Counted from the stretch's first letter, positions 50,336-63,779 are shown. The stretch: DNA of 64,000 nt from Octopus bimaculoides (GCF_001194135.2 NC_068989.1:70160061-70224060); one strand, 5' to 3'. A program made the numbers and translations. Notes: a model not told the origin generated them from the sequence alone.

Positions 50336-50896
50336 TAATATGCATGCATGTATGTATGTATGTATGTATGTATGTATGTATGTATGTATGCATTATATAT
50401 GACATTAACAGACTTGAATTTACTTTCTTTGATTCAATAATTGCAAAAAGAATTAAGCAATGTTGGTACTCATATATGCTTTATATTCTCTAAAAATGCT
50501 TTATAGGCACAGGAGTGGCTGTGTGGTAAGTAGCTTGCTTACCAACCACATGGTTCCAGGTTCAGTCCCACTGCGTGGCGTCTTGGGCAAGTATTGAAGA
50601 ATGTGAAAGTATGACAGAGAGATAGAAACAGATGTCTTGCCAAAGAGGTGAATCCGTGGCTTCCTCAGCTGGAAAAATAGAGAGAGAGAGACGGTGAGAG
50701 CATACTCTCAAAGCACAAGGTGAATATGAAGGTGAGAGAGAGAGAAAGAAAAAGGGAATTGTGAAACAGAAAGAGTGGGCGAGCAAGTGCATTAGAGTGT
50801 GACAGATGATTGAAGATGGGGAATTGTTGCATAAATATACTTGGTGCTTCAGCATGGCCAGGAGTTCAGTGCTTTGAACAAACAAATAAGAGAATA

Positions 50897-51325
50897 TACT
50901 CTTTACTTTACTCTTTTATTTGTTTCAGTCATTTGACCGCGGCCATGCTGGAGCACCACTTTTAGTCGAACAAATCGACCCCAGGACTTATTCTTTGTAA
51001 GCCTAGTACTTATTCCATTGTTCACTTTTTGCCGAACTGCTAAGAAACGGGGACGTAAACACACCAGCATCAGCTGTCAAGCGATGTGTGTGTGGGGGGG
51101 GGGACAAACACAGACACACAAAAACACACACACACATATATATATATACATATACATATATACGATGGGCTTCTTTCAGTTTCCATCTACCAAATCCATT
51201 CACAAGGCTTTGGTCAGCCTGAGGCTATAGTAGAAGACACTTGCCCAAGATGCCATGTAGTGGGACTGAACCTGGAACCATGTGGTTGGTAAGCAAGCTA
51301 CCTGCCACACAGCCACTCCTGCGCC
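50897..51325 (-). mobile_element. SINE family A, full length
   Basis: Complete head to 3' module, CpG largely retained. Confidence 0.9.
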
Positions 51326-52199
51326 TATAAAGCATTTTTAGAGAATATAAAGCATATATGACTACCAACATTGCTTAATTCCTTTTGCAATTATTGAATC
51401 AGAGAAAGTAAATTCAACTCTGTTAATGTCATATATAATGCATACATACATACATGCATACATACATACATACATACATACATAGTTTGCTTTCTATTAA
51501 CCAATGATAGATATTTTTGCCGCACAATAGCATACATCCATTCCTGCTGTATGGAGTACAATTTGGCATCAGGAATGATCTTGTAAGTTATCCCCTCCTA
51601 ATTCCATCAGATGCAGAGTATTACCTTGTGTTTGAAATCCCTTAACCACACACCATTACCTGCACTTACTCATTCCTACCCCCATATATATAATATATGG
51701 TTTATATTATAATGTGCACCTTATATTTTATGTTTCCCAAACTCTTTTTAACTGTCTTATTTTTTGTTTCATTTTATTTTTCATCATTTATTCTACTTTT
51801 TTGCTTTCACCTTCTTTAAACTATCTTTACTTCTTTTTTATATTTGACACTGAGGCAAGAATTATCTTGATTTTGGAAAGAAGAATATTACCTGCAGTGA
51901 CATGGATCAAACAACTTTGCATGCTCCTTCCTTCTCTGAAAATATTCTTCCATCCAATCAAAATGAAGTTAATGTTTGTTGTATCACAAAGGGAGATAAC
52001 TGAATAATGGTTCTGTTTAAGACTAACACGGAGCATTTATTAAATGAAAATTGAGAGAATTATGTGACTGCAATGCCTATTAACAACATCAATGACTACA
52101 TTAAAAGCAAGAAATATCAGAGAACTTTTTAAAAAATTCCTCGATTTTTCCGTCACCTGTTAATTTATATCTTTCACTTCTCTCTCTCTCTTTTCCTCT

Positions 52200-52205
52200 C
52201 TCCTG

Positions 52206-52304
<99 letters not shown>

Positions 52305-52305
52305 T
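52200..52305. repeat. (CT)n microsatellite
   Basis: Long pure CT run. Confidence 0.97.
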
Positions 52306-54129
52306 CTCCCCGCTCTTTCTCTGATTTTTTTAGCACCTTAACTTCTATAATTACTGCATTTGCTAACATTATTATTGATACTTTACTGTGTCTAATTATA
52401 ATGTTTCAGAAGTTGATTGCAGCTGAAGCAATTTTCTGTCCAATCTTATTTCTTCTGCAGCTGCCAATATAAGACTAAAGAAATGAAGAAATTATTCCAC
52501 CTCACGATGTTGTAAGCATCTTTAACATTGTCTGCATGATATCACCAATACTGAATGGCATTAATGTTAGAATTTCAAGCTACGGAACTTTCACTCACAC
52601 ACATAGTTTGTTTACTGAAATAAAATGGAAACAAATCTCTCCAAGTTGGAACCAAGCAATTACAAATATACGACTGGATTTTAGTTTCAATATAAACACA
52701 ATGGCTGTGTGGTTAAGAAATGCTAAAGTCGTAATGGGAACTAGTTTTCCTGTTCCTTGTCATGGAATGTTGTGGCAATTGCTCTCTAAGACAGCTCTGA
52801 ACACGTCGCAGCCAGTTGTATGAAATAAAGGAGGGAGAAAAATAACAACAGGGGACTGTGTCATTTCACCAGTAGACTTCATATTTACTACTTGTTTTTA
52901 CACCCCTCTAAGAAATATACCCTTTCTTGCTAACTTTCGCTAACTAGCTTATAATTTACTACTATTTGAATTTTTTTTTCCCTTCCTCTCCCTGATTTTC
53001 TCTGTCTATATTTATCCAGTTACTTATATATATCTTATTCTTTCTTTTTTTACATTCACCTGTACCTCTTGTAAACACCATGTTTTCACAGTGAGAGGTT
53101 GTTTACATAAATTCATTGGAAATATATTAAGCAGAACTATTTTCTTTTATAATAATTCTGTTTTTGTAGTATTGAGATATAATCTGAATGCAACTTGTTT
53201 TCAAATCTAATAATGCTGACTCAGAAGACATGATGCAATCAAACTGAATTAGCAAAACGTTTCTATATTTCTTTTTGAGTAAACACTGTGCCAGACCTAT
53301 TGGTCTAACAGAGTAACACAGTGCAAACACACTGTTAAAATCACAACATAGAAGAAATCCAGCTCAGCTTGTGCTGTTCTGAAATTTTCATTCATATTTC
53401 AGTGATTAGGTGTAATCAGGTTTATATTTTATCATGGTTTTAAGAGAGAGAAATAATCTAAAGAAGGAGCATGTTGTCCAGTCTTTGGACCAAAACTGGA
53501 ACTTATAAGGAAGTTAGAGGTTGGATGCTCTTATAATTCGGTAGTGAATATTTGTGAAGAAAATGGTGTTGTAAAGTGGTTTGGGATGTAGATAAGGCTA
53601 AAGATAAACTCACTGCAATATTCATTAAAATATCATATCCATGTAAATTCCAAATCATTATCTGTTGGAGTAAGGAAGCATCTAAGAGTTGTAAGAGATA
53701 CAAAACCTCAAGGATGTAATGATAAATTGATTTATTCATCAATGATCATGAAGTAACAATGTCCTTGGTGAAGAAATTCAAAATTTTACTACCAAGTTAA
53801 CTAGATATGTGAGCATCAAGAATTTTAAAGCTAGTGATGGTAGGTAGCTATGGTGATGTAGAAATCACCATAGAATGAGTAATAAGAGAAGTGGAAGTGT
53901 TCAAGATGAAGTTAAATGGCTGAATTAAGTATTAAAGATATTTCATTTCACAGATGTATAATGAAAATGAAGCTGGATTTTATTGGTAATCACAATCTTA
54001 GAATAATCATGCTTTTAAGAATTAAGACTTTGTACCAGTTAGTAAATTAAATTAACAATATTTGTCAGTGTTGTTATGGGTAAATACAAACAACATGCAT
54101 CTTTAAAGTTAGTAGTGGTGGCAATGTCA

Positions 54130-54960
54130 GCACATGCTTCAGGTTTTGAATGATGCAATGCACCAAACATCAGTGCATTATCACCACTCCAAGAAATCAT
54201 GGTTCAACATGCATGTTTTTAACATTTTTTTTTTCTTGCATTTCATCCCTGAAGAGTGTAAGTACCATGAAAATGTCCTCAAATATCTTACTGTTGAGGT
54301 GAAAGCAATGTTAATTTTGGACAATGTGCCTGTTCAACAGAGTAGTCACCATATTATAAGTAATGATGAGAAAATAAGATTACCCCATGGTCCAATAATT
54401 GTAGTCTGCAAATGATTATATCAATGAAGATATTTAGATGAAGTTCTTGTGGTGAAAGAAGTGGATAATATAAGGAAAGCCATACAAGGACAATGAACTT
54501 TCAATAGTATCAAGAATTATAACCTCAAGTTAGCAATATTCAGTTTAGCAGCTCCATGGCAGACACTGAAAACAACCATTCTAACCAATGTTTGGAATAA
54601 CCTTCTGTACAATATAGAAGTAGAAGGTGATTTTGAAGAATTCTAGGCAAGCTGATGTTCATAATAGACCTTAGAGGTCAGATGAAATATATCACAAAAG
54701 ATAATGACAGAATTTGACTAAAAGATACAGAAAGTACCTCTGGATATCAAATATTAATGGAAGAATAAACAGCAGAAATTTTGACTAGTGATAAAAGAGA
54801 TAGTGAAGATGATGAAGTTGATGAACCATTTCTCAAGAAATCCAAACTGTCTGTTAAACGAAAATCTTTGATAATATCCTTTCATATATTGAATTATGAA
54901 CAGAAACTGATATTCAGCAATATAATCTCAACACATTAAAGATCAGGTACATCAATAATT
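54130..54960 (+). mobile_element. Degraded pogo/Tigger (DDE_1) transposase
   Basis: SVHYHHSKKSWF...HFIPE...KAMLILDNVP...GPII..K..Y...LAAPW...ILTNVWNNL; many stops and frameshifts. Confidence 0.7.
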
Positions 54961-55539
54961 TACCACAAGTAAATGAAATTAATTCATGATATTAACATTT
55001 TAGCTTTTGCACAGTATAATTTTAAATAATTTTATAAAATATATGTTTATATAGTTATATAGTGTCTGTAGTACTTTCTATAATTTTGTTACTGTCTATC
55101 ATGTTCTGTGATTTTTTTTGTTTTTTTTTTTCTTCTGGTTTGTTTGTTTTCTTTAATAACTATTCTGGAGATTTACAGAGTGTGCATCCAAACATGAAAG
55201 TCTTTCCCATTTATCTCGGTTGATTTCCATTCAACGTGTAGATTTTATTTGGCAATACATTTCTTGACTTACTGGTCTACAGAAGGAATGTTCAATTCCA
55301 GTGTTTTCTTACTCCTAAACATTTCACATTCAGGGTATGTATTTCCAATATTGTTACACATCAGATGTAGCACCCCAACCCCACCCAAACGTGTTTCCTC
55401 ATAACTGTCTTAATAATTGATTCTATCATAGATACAAAGCTAGAAAATTGAGTGGGGAGGTTAGTCAATTTTATTGACTACAGTACTTGACTAGTACTTT
55501 CTTTATTGGCCCTGAGAAAATAAAAGGCAATGCTGACCC

Positions 55540-56223
55540 CACTGTCTTCGGCACTTGACATTTTTATACAGAGCACATTTCTCGTTACCAGTTACTATTC
55601 GGTCCAAAAAAGGTTCATTCATGAAATGTGACAGCAAAGAAGAGCATATATTCACTCTCTGTGCATGATTAGATTCAGAAAGTTTGTGAGGAACCCATTG
55701 ACCCAATTTACTAACTTTTCTGATGGCACACAGGTGTCTATGAATGGTTGAATGATGAAATCCAAGCCTCTCTGCTAGTTCCTCAACAGTTACAATGGGA
55801 TTTTGTTCCACCAACATTTGCAGGATGTCCTCATCAAGCTGTACAGATATTCCAAGATGAGTCTCGTCTTCTAAGCTGTAGTTTCTGGCTCAGAATTTCT
55901 GGAACTAGCATTGACACTGGCTTATGCTTATCAGTCGATCCCCTTATACTGCATTGATATTCCACACACTTTCCATTGTGTTATTTCCTTTATTGCACTC
56001 ATAAAGCAAAATATGCCAAATATTCTCCTTTGTCACTTCCATTATAGCTTTGAAAAAATAACTTAAAATCAAACTGCACTCTTCAAAACTTGCACTAAGA
56101 ATAAATACAAGGTAAAATTACTACCTGCTTTTATAGCAAGTTGATGCAGGTGGTTTATCCCACCCCACTCTGACTTTTAGTTCATACAATTGAAAAAATC
56201 ACATTATTTATGGGATGACCCAA
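55540..56223 (-). mobile_element. mariner 5' half: TIR plus transposase N-terminus, degenerate
   Basis: TA-TTGGGTCATCCCATAAATAATG terminus at about 56200-56225; LGQWVPHKL and FLDRIVTGNEK (catalytic D to N); truncated by a SINE family D remnant at about 55400-55540. Confidence 0.85.
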
Positions 56224-56324
56224 TATATATGGGAAATTTTAGACCATTCAGCTTACAATGTATTAAAGACCGCTCTACATTTACATTTTGGTGAATCAAC
56301 AGAAATTAATAATCCCTTCTACTG

Positions 56325-56527
56325 AAGACAGAAGACCTTGAAATTTGGGGGGAGGGAACTAATCGATTACATCAAACCCTGTGTTTCACTGGTACTTAAT
56401 TTATCAACCCCAAAAGGATGAAAGGCAAAGTCAAGCTTGGTGGAATTTGAACTCAGAATGTAGCAACGAATGAAATACCACTAAGCATTTCACCCAGCGT
56501 GCTATCGATTCTGCAAGCTCACCACCT
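56325..56527 (-). mobile_element. SINE family D, full length
   Basis: Family D core and head. Confidence 0.85.
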
Positions 56528-56716
56528 TAACAGAAATCAATAATGACAAGTAGGTGTATATGTTGATATACACACAACATACACACACCAAACACACACA
56601 CACACACACACATGTGCATGCACGCATGTGCTCATATGCACACACTGATATATTTACCTCTATGTGTGTGTGTACACACACACACACACATATATACACA
56701 CATATACTGAAGTATT

Positions 56717-56758
<42 letters not shown>

Positions 56759-57149
56759 TTAGTGAAATACTGATTGGGTAAATTAAATAAGGACATTCCT
56801 GGGAAATTTCTCTAGAAAGCCTTCAGTATGAAGAACATGTTGCTGAATGGAAAGTAACATGGTTTATAAAATGAATCAAAGTATAAGGCTTAATGGATTG
56901 AAATTAATGTAAAAAGAGATCATCATCACCATTGATAATAAATGAAAACCATGGAAGGCAAGTTTGCTAGAGATCAGAACATGTTCAAGTTCGAAATATC
57001 TAAAACAGATTAACGTTTTATTTGGAATGTATGATCACTTCATTAAAGAACCAAAGAACATACACATCACACGCAAAATGTTTATTCCCGTTGTTGTACA
57101 TACATACATATATAAATACATACATACATGGCTACAGCAAATATTCTGC

Positions 57150-57582
57150 TCAATACTGCAGATTTGCTTGTCAGTTGTTTGACCTTAACCATTTGAACAT
57201 GTCCCGTAGTGGCTGATGATATGTGCATCTCTGATCAGGAGCAGAAGTAGTGGGGGAGCATCATAGCCATGTGTTGAAAGGAATTCTTTGTGGTTTGAAT
57301 AATTCACCTCTGGAACCATAGGTGTTTCATTCAACATCCTTAAACAACCCTTATTCAAAGACCTTTTGAGTGGGATGGGCTACTCAAACTGAAGAAAATT
57401 CTAACTGGGCCCCACCTGCAAGGTCATGTGCTGCTAATCTTGATATGAGATTACCATGTCACGCACATATGATTGTGAGGCATGTGCTTGGTGTACCCAT
57501 ATCAGATGGGTAGTCATGATGGGTATACTGGGCTTTGTATATTTTATCCCAGTGTCACTTTGATGGCATGCACTGCTCTCTC
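57150..57582. repeat. Unclassified dispersed repeat (putative) with internal short hairpins
   Basis: Composition differs from flanks; internal inverted segments (ttgagtggg/ctactcaa, gtacccat/atgggta); looks like a common octopus repeat but no second copy in this window. Confidence 0.35.
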
Positions 57583-59013
57583 ATACATACATACATACAT
57601 ACATACAGCTATAATAATAAATACCAAAACGAAATTTTGTGTGTCAATGTGTCACACTTTGACGCCCTCTCTCACTATTCAATGACACTTCCACAATTCT
57701 TCATGATAGGATGAGAGTAATATTAGGCATAGAGATGGTAGTAGCTTCACGGCTGTGAGGGTAATAGAGTGATAATAATAGTATGAGGTTTAGTTGTGAT
57801 AGAGGTGGAGGCAACAGTGATGATGGTGATGGTGGTCAGTCAAGGATGATTGTCATAGTAAGCGATGTGAAACACAGCGGTGATGGTGGTGGAGTAAGCG
57901 ATCTGAAAGAAAGTTGTGCTGGTGGTGGAAGGGAAGGCAGCAAAGTCAAAGGTATTGAAGGTGGTGGCATCAGAAGTCTGAATGGTGTGTGTATGACAGT
58001 TGTGGTGGCGATGGTGGTGGTACTGGTACTGGGGATGGCGATGGCTGAAAACAATCAACAGAGAGAGAGAGAGAGAGAAAGAGGTTAGACAGAAAAGAAA
58101 ATTGTACTGACCCCTAAATGGGAAGACAAAAAATGTTTTTTATCATGCAGCTTTGCAATAAGTTCCAAGTTAACAAATTATGTCATTGTTTTGATGAAAA
58201 TTGTTCATTGCTTGAAAAATATTGGTCAAGTTTAATAAAATTTATTAAGTACTCAAAGCATGAAGTGTCATTGTTGGGCCCACGGCCTAATGAAGAGCCC
58301 TCCATTGGAGTCAGCTAAAAAGCCGCCCTATCAGGCATAAGTGGAGTGACAGGGAAATGATAGGCTAAAGCAAAATTGAATTGCAGTCTGACCTTTGTCT
58401 ATTCTCTCTCAACCAGTCACAATACAGATGTAATATGAGCATTCGCCTGGAATTATTTCTCAAATACAGACACTTAAAAATGGCATTACTGTATCAATAT
58501 TTTTCTTTGATTCTTTCAATAGATTCAGTTATTAGGCTGCAGCCATCTTGAGGCATTGTTTCCAACGATTTAGTTGATTTTATTGACCTTCATTGTTTTG
58601 CCCAATACTCAAGTGTCATCTTCCCACCATACACACCTCCACACACTTATACATGCACGTGTACACCAATACATACATACACAGAAATGTATATATACCT
58701 ACATACACATATACATTTATACACAAAAATATAAATATATACACATGTATAAATATGCATACATATATAAAATATATAAATATATATACATTTTCATATA
58801 CAAGGTATTCCATCATCAGAGACAAGATATACATGCAGAAAATTTCTATGTGGAGATTTAGATAGAAAATTTGATGCAGAGCAAAGCATGAAGATTAAGG
58901 CTAACAGCTCATCCTGTTCCAAAGGATATGGGGAACAGGGTGAACTATGGGCCTTTATCATCATGCTTTTCTCTACATCAAATTTTCTACTTCCACATAG
59001 AAATTTTCTGCAT

Positions 59014-59103
59014 TGTCCCCAATGATGGAATGCCCTATATATGGAAATGTGGATCGACACATTGATCCATTATCTGGGATATTCCAGAAACAGCTGTAAG
59101 ACA
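59014..59103 (+). ncRNA. Hammerhead motif with long stem II and mutated core
   Basis: TGTCC-CCAATGA-TGGAAT...ATTCCA-GAAA-CAGCTG-TA-AGACA; the inverted partial copy at 58787-58824 keeps TGTCT-CTGATGA-TGGAAT. Confidence 0.65.
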
Positions 59104-59257
59104 TTATTATTTACTTTTGTTTACTTTGATTCACCATTATAATGATTAAAATAATTTAAATAATCTGATAAGCTTGTCCTGCCTTCATTTTGTGTTCTTC
59201 TTCCTCTAATGTGTGTGTGTCTGTCTGTCTGTTTGTATGTGCGTGTGTGCAGGCGTG

Positions 59258-59442
59258 TGAGGGGGTACTGAAAAGTTCCTGGTTTTGAGTTAATTATGAT
59301 TTTATTCAACATACTCTCCTCTCAAAATCGCACACTCATTGCATTGGTCCTTCAGTTTTCCTAAGCCCTGTAAAAGAACTCGGAAGGTTTGGCCTCCAGC
59401 GAGGCCTTTTGTGATACCCTTGAAGCCAGGAACTTTTCAGCA
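59258..59442. mobile_element. Non-autonomous mariner-like MITE
   Basis: TIR tgaggggg-tactgaaaagttcctgg versus ccaggaacttttcagca (right end truncated). Confidence 0.7.
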
Positions 59443-60111
59443 TGCGCATGTGTATGTAGTAGTAGAATACCTAGTGTTATCCAGGCTGAAAGTAAAGTAG
59501 TAATATATAATCCAGAATTATTCTTAATAAATGTATATTCAGTTTAATTATTATTGGGTTTCCCTTTTGAAACACTATCTTTCATGAAAGAAATAAAATT
59601 GTTGTCTCCTAAGTCTATAATAGTCTAATGTCTGTTTTACTGTGTTACAGAGACACAGCATGCGTGAATACTATATTGCATATTTAAATTAGATATATGT
59701 CACTATGTCAATGATATATATAGCTAATTTCATTATATTAAGAAAGAACAGAGGATTATATAAAAGTGAAGCCAGTTTTCATAGAAACTATTATTGTACA
59801 TAATTTCTTATCTTTATTTTTGATATTATCGAAGACATTAATGCTTGGTTTATCATCACTGTGTGAACAAATTAGAGACACTGATAAAACCAACTGTTGG
59901 CTGAGATCAGTATTGGACGTGCAAGTCCAATGATCACTGAAGGTTGCAGAGCAGATAAGTGCAGGAAACTTAGCTACTAAACATGTGGAATTAAAGCCAC
60001 ATAAGGGCTTGCTGCTGGGAGAGGTTGACAGACAAAGAATGAGGGAGTAGCAGTGGTAGTAGCAGCTACAACAACACCAATAGGCCACAAAAGCTGTTGT
60101 TTCTTAACCAT

Positions 60112-60265
60112 AGGCACAGGCATGGGTATGTGGTAAGAAGCTTGCTTCCCAACCACATGGTTCCAGATTCAGTTCCATTATATGGCACCTTAGGCAAGTG
60201 TCATCTGCTATAGCTTTGGGCCAACCAAAGCCTTGTGAGTGAATTTGGTAGATGAAAACTGAAAG
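60112..60265 (+). mobile_element. SINE family A, 5' half, truncated by an RTE 3' UTR
   Basis: Head intact up to gaaaactgaaagaaacc, then switches to RTE UTR modules. Confidence 0.8.
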
Positions 60266-60274
60266 AAACCTGGG

Positions 60275-61200
60275 TTTTTGAGCGAGATCGTTGCCAGTGC
60301 CCCTGGACTGGCTCTTGTGCGGGTGGCACATAAAAGACACCATTTCGAGCGTGGCCGTTTTCATGCAGGTGACACGTAAAAGCACCCACTACACTCTCTG
60401 AGTGGTTGGCATTAGGAAGGGCATCCAGCTGTAGAAACTCTGCCAAATTAGATTGGAGCCTGGTGTTGCCATCCGGTTTCACCAGTCCTCAGTCAAATCG
60501 TCCAACCCATGCTAGCATGGAAAGCGGACGTTAAACGATGATGATGATGATGATGATGATTAGACCCAGGAAGACTTGGGATGAGGTGCTGAAGCACGGC
60601 CTCACCGAGACAATGACTAGTGACCGAGACCTTCAGAAATATACTGTGCTTGAGAAGACCCGGCAGGCCAAGTGAGACCATAACCTGTGCCAGTGATGTA
60701 ACCAGCCCATTTAGGCGTACCTTTCTTTCATTGGACACTAAACTATGCTTGTGAAGACCTGTTGAGGCAAGTGAAATCGGAATTGAATTCGATGACAGCA
60801 CCGCATGACTTGCATCCGTGCTAGTGGAGCACTAAGAGCACCATCCAAGCATTATCGTGGCCTGGGCCCCTGCATGGCCCCCATGCCAGTGGCACGTAAA
60901 AAGTACCATTCGAGTGTGATTATTACCAGCATCGCCTTACTGGCACTTGTGCTGGTGATACGTGGAAAACACTATTTGAGCATGGCCGTTACCAGTACTG
61001 CCTGACTGGCCTTTGAGCCAGTGGCACGTGAAAGCACTCACTACACTTTCAGAGTGGTTGGCATTAGGAAGGGCATCCAGCTGTAGCAACTCTGCAGATT
61101 GGAACTTGGTGCAGCCATCTGGCTCACTAGTCCCCAGTCAAACCGTACAACCCATGCCAGCATGGAAAGCAGACATTAAACAATGATGATGATGATGATT
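60275..61200 (+). mobile_element. Two tandem RTE 3' ends (60275-60560 UTR only; 60562-61200 ORF end plus UTR)
   Basis: RPRKTWDEVLKHGLTETMTSDRDLQKYTVLEKTRQAK* followed by the modular UTR and (GAT)n tail. Confidence 0.85.
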
Positions 61201-61279
61201 AGAAAAAATAAGTTATTCAGAGATCTGGATGGTTGTACATATACAAATATTTATATATGTCCAACCATCCAGATCTCTG

Positions 61280-61321
<42 letters not shown>

Positions 61322-61332
61322 TAATATATATA

Positions 61333-61380
<48 letters not shown>

Positions 61381-61382
61381 AG

Positions 61383-61755
61383 TGATTGGTGTTAGGAAGG
61401 GCATCCAGCTGTAAAAATCCTGCCATAACAGTCACAGAAGTCTGGTGCAGGCTTTGGCCTGGCCAGCTCTTGTGGTACCATCTCACCCATGCTAGCATGG
61501 AGCACAGACGTTAAATGATGATGATGATGATACATATATTTGTATGTTTGTCCCCCACCACCGTTGCTTTACAACCAACATTAGTGTGTTTACGTCCCCA
61601 TAACTTAGCAGTCCAGCAAAAGAGACCAATAGAATAAGTACTAGGCTTACAAAGAATAAGTCCTGAAGTCAATTAGTTTGACTAAAACCTCTTAAAGTGG
61701 TGCTCCAGCATGGCCACAGTCAAAAGACTGAAACAAGTAAAAGAATAAAAGGATA
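61383..61755 (+). mobile_element. RTE tail fragment followed by SINE family A 3' half
   Basis: ttggtgttaggaagggcatccagctgt...(GAT)n, then gtttgtcccc...gactgaaacaagtaaaag. Confidence 0.75.
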
Positions 61756-62688
61756 TAGCCATACCTACTTCTGAAGACACTGAAACTAAAACCTCAAATA
61801 ATTCCCTCAAAATAAATAAACAAAAATAAAAACAAATGAATCTGGATATCACAAGATTCCAATGCTGTCAACACTACTTCTATTTTAGCGCTATCTTGTC
61901 TAGGAAACATGTGACAAATCTATTTCTCACATCTTGAATTATGTGGATTTTTGTTTGTTTTTTGTTTATTTGCTCTTTTTTTTTTTTTGTAATGTAGATG
62001 AGATGCATTTCTTTACAAAGAACCAAAACTTTCCGGCTTATTTGTGGATAAGCTTCTTAATTCAACCATTTTTTTCCTTTTTTCTTTTTTTCTCTGTAAA
62101 ATCTCGAAAATTTTATAATCTTCCTGTATTAGCATTTTATTATAGCCTTGACATTGTTTGTGAACTTATTTCATATTCTTCAACAAACTTTTAATGTATT
62201 TACTTTGAATTGAATAATACATTGAAATAAATATGTCTAACATATACAGTGTCCATTGTCCTTGCAGTGGTCACTTGTAGTCAATATATTACTGTGTTCA
62301 TCTTCTTTTCAGTGGTCAGCTGGAACTAATGTACACTGTGTCCACCTTCCTTTCAGTGGTCAGCTAAAATTACTACATACTCTGTATTTTAAGCACTTTA
62401 TAGACATGAAACCTTGGGCATAAACCTGGCAACAACTATCTTTGTCCAATATATATATATATATAGCGAGAAATCAAGGATATGAGAGGTATTGGTGTCA
62501 AGAAGACCCAAAGGTGTCAGGTAATGCTGAGTAAGTGCTATGGACAGACTATAGTTAAGCTCCAGGTTCGATGATGATATGAATGAGGAGTCCAATGTAG
62601 GTTGTATATTAGCATACATATATATAAAAATTAGCAGAATGAGATTTAAAAAATCCTAGGCTGTGAAACTTTTCAGAACATTTATAAA

Positions 62689-62742
62689 GAGGTCTTACAG
62701 CTGTTTCCAGGATATTTTATATATCCCTTCATCAGAGACGGT
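62689..62742 (-). ncRNA. Minimal type I hammerhead ribozyme motif, intact core
   Basis: GTCT-CTGATGA-AGGGATAT-ATAAA-ATATCCTG-GAAA-CAGCTG-TA-AGAC; 4-bp stem I, 7-bp stem II, palindromic stem III. Confidence 0.8.
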
Positions 62743-63616
62743 GCGAGAAAGTGTTTAAGTAATAGTTATTATAGAGAAGATATGAAATACAGAGTGAAGT
62801 GAAGGAATGAAAACAGACGTGAAATATGTAAGGATATTGTATCTGCAGTTCCATTATTTAAGCAGAATGGTGTATATATAAGTTTCCTGTACCTTATTGT
62901 GTGAGTTCCAATGGTGTTTATAATTGGTCGTTCCAAGCATAGAGTCTTTATATATATGACTACTCCACTACTATTAGCTTGTCTCCATTTTTACATCTCT
63001 GAAAAGAAACTAATATTTGTTTCACAAATATAATTTTTGCTATATTTACTACAATTTTTTTTTATTTTCCTGGGATAAAAATGTTGCAAATGTTGTTTGC
63101 TTTATCTGTCACAAGAACACTTAAAATCACATTAAAAGAACCTGATTTCTTCTGACAACACAGTATTTAAACAGATTAATATTGTTTGTTTACATTTTCT
63201 TCATCATAAACTCAAAGGTTGTAATAAGTTAAACAATATTTACTAACAGAGAGGGTTTAATCTGTTATTAAGATTGTTTTTAGTACTGAACTTATGAAGA
63301 AAAAGGAAAGCAATGAAAGCAAAAGTGAAAACAACTGATGCTGGAAATGCAAAGGATGAAAAGCTCTAATATCAACCATCATAACAATATGTGGTGAAGT
63401 TTAAAAAAAACCTAAAACTTTGAATATTTAATCTAATGTTCAAGATTGGAGTACACAGCTGCTAAAGAACTAATAGTGGGAATGATAACATGGCCCTCAG
63501 GAGATGTCTTTACTCTTTGCATATATGTGTAAAAGTGCAGATATATGTTATGTGCATATGTGAGATGCTTGTGTGTGTGTGTATACACATGTAAATATAC
63601 ACTCTCATACATACTA

Positions 63617-63656
<40 letters not shown>

Positions 63657-63779
63657 CACACACACACACATACACACACACACATATATTTGTTAGTGCG
63701 TATCTTTACACATACATGCAAAGGACATGTTTTTCAAGAACACTTTTTTTTTGTGCCATATTATTGCCTTCTACAATAA

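Noticed and set aside
51520-52005. Possible plus-strand exons (GTAAGT donor at about 51583; open frame KNYLDFGKKNITCSDMDQ... at 51855-52005)
   Set aside because: Weak acceptors, no recognisable protein similarity and no consistent gene model
52400-52515. Candidate exon on either strand (plus: CAG...GTAAGC, 51 nt; minus: TTTCTTTAG then LILAAAEEIRLDRKLLQLQSTSETL*)
   Set aside because: Splice signals are plausible but mutually conflicting and no homology is recognised; needs RNA-seq
57783-58088. Gly/Val-rich ORF
   Set aside because: Degenerate (GGT/GAT)n low-complexity sequence
59756-60088. 110-aa minus-strand ORF with a pyrimidine-rich acceptor
   Set aside because: No recognisable domain; a single open frame of this size in AT-rich DNA is insufficient evidence
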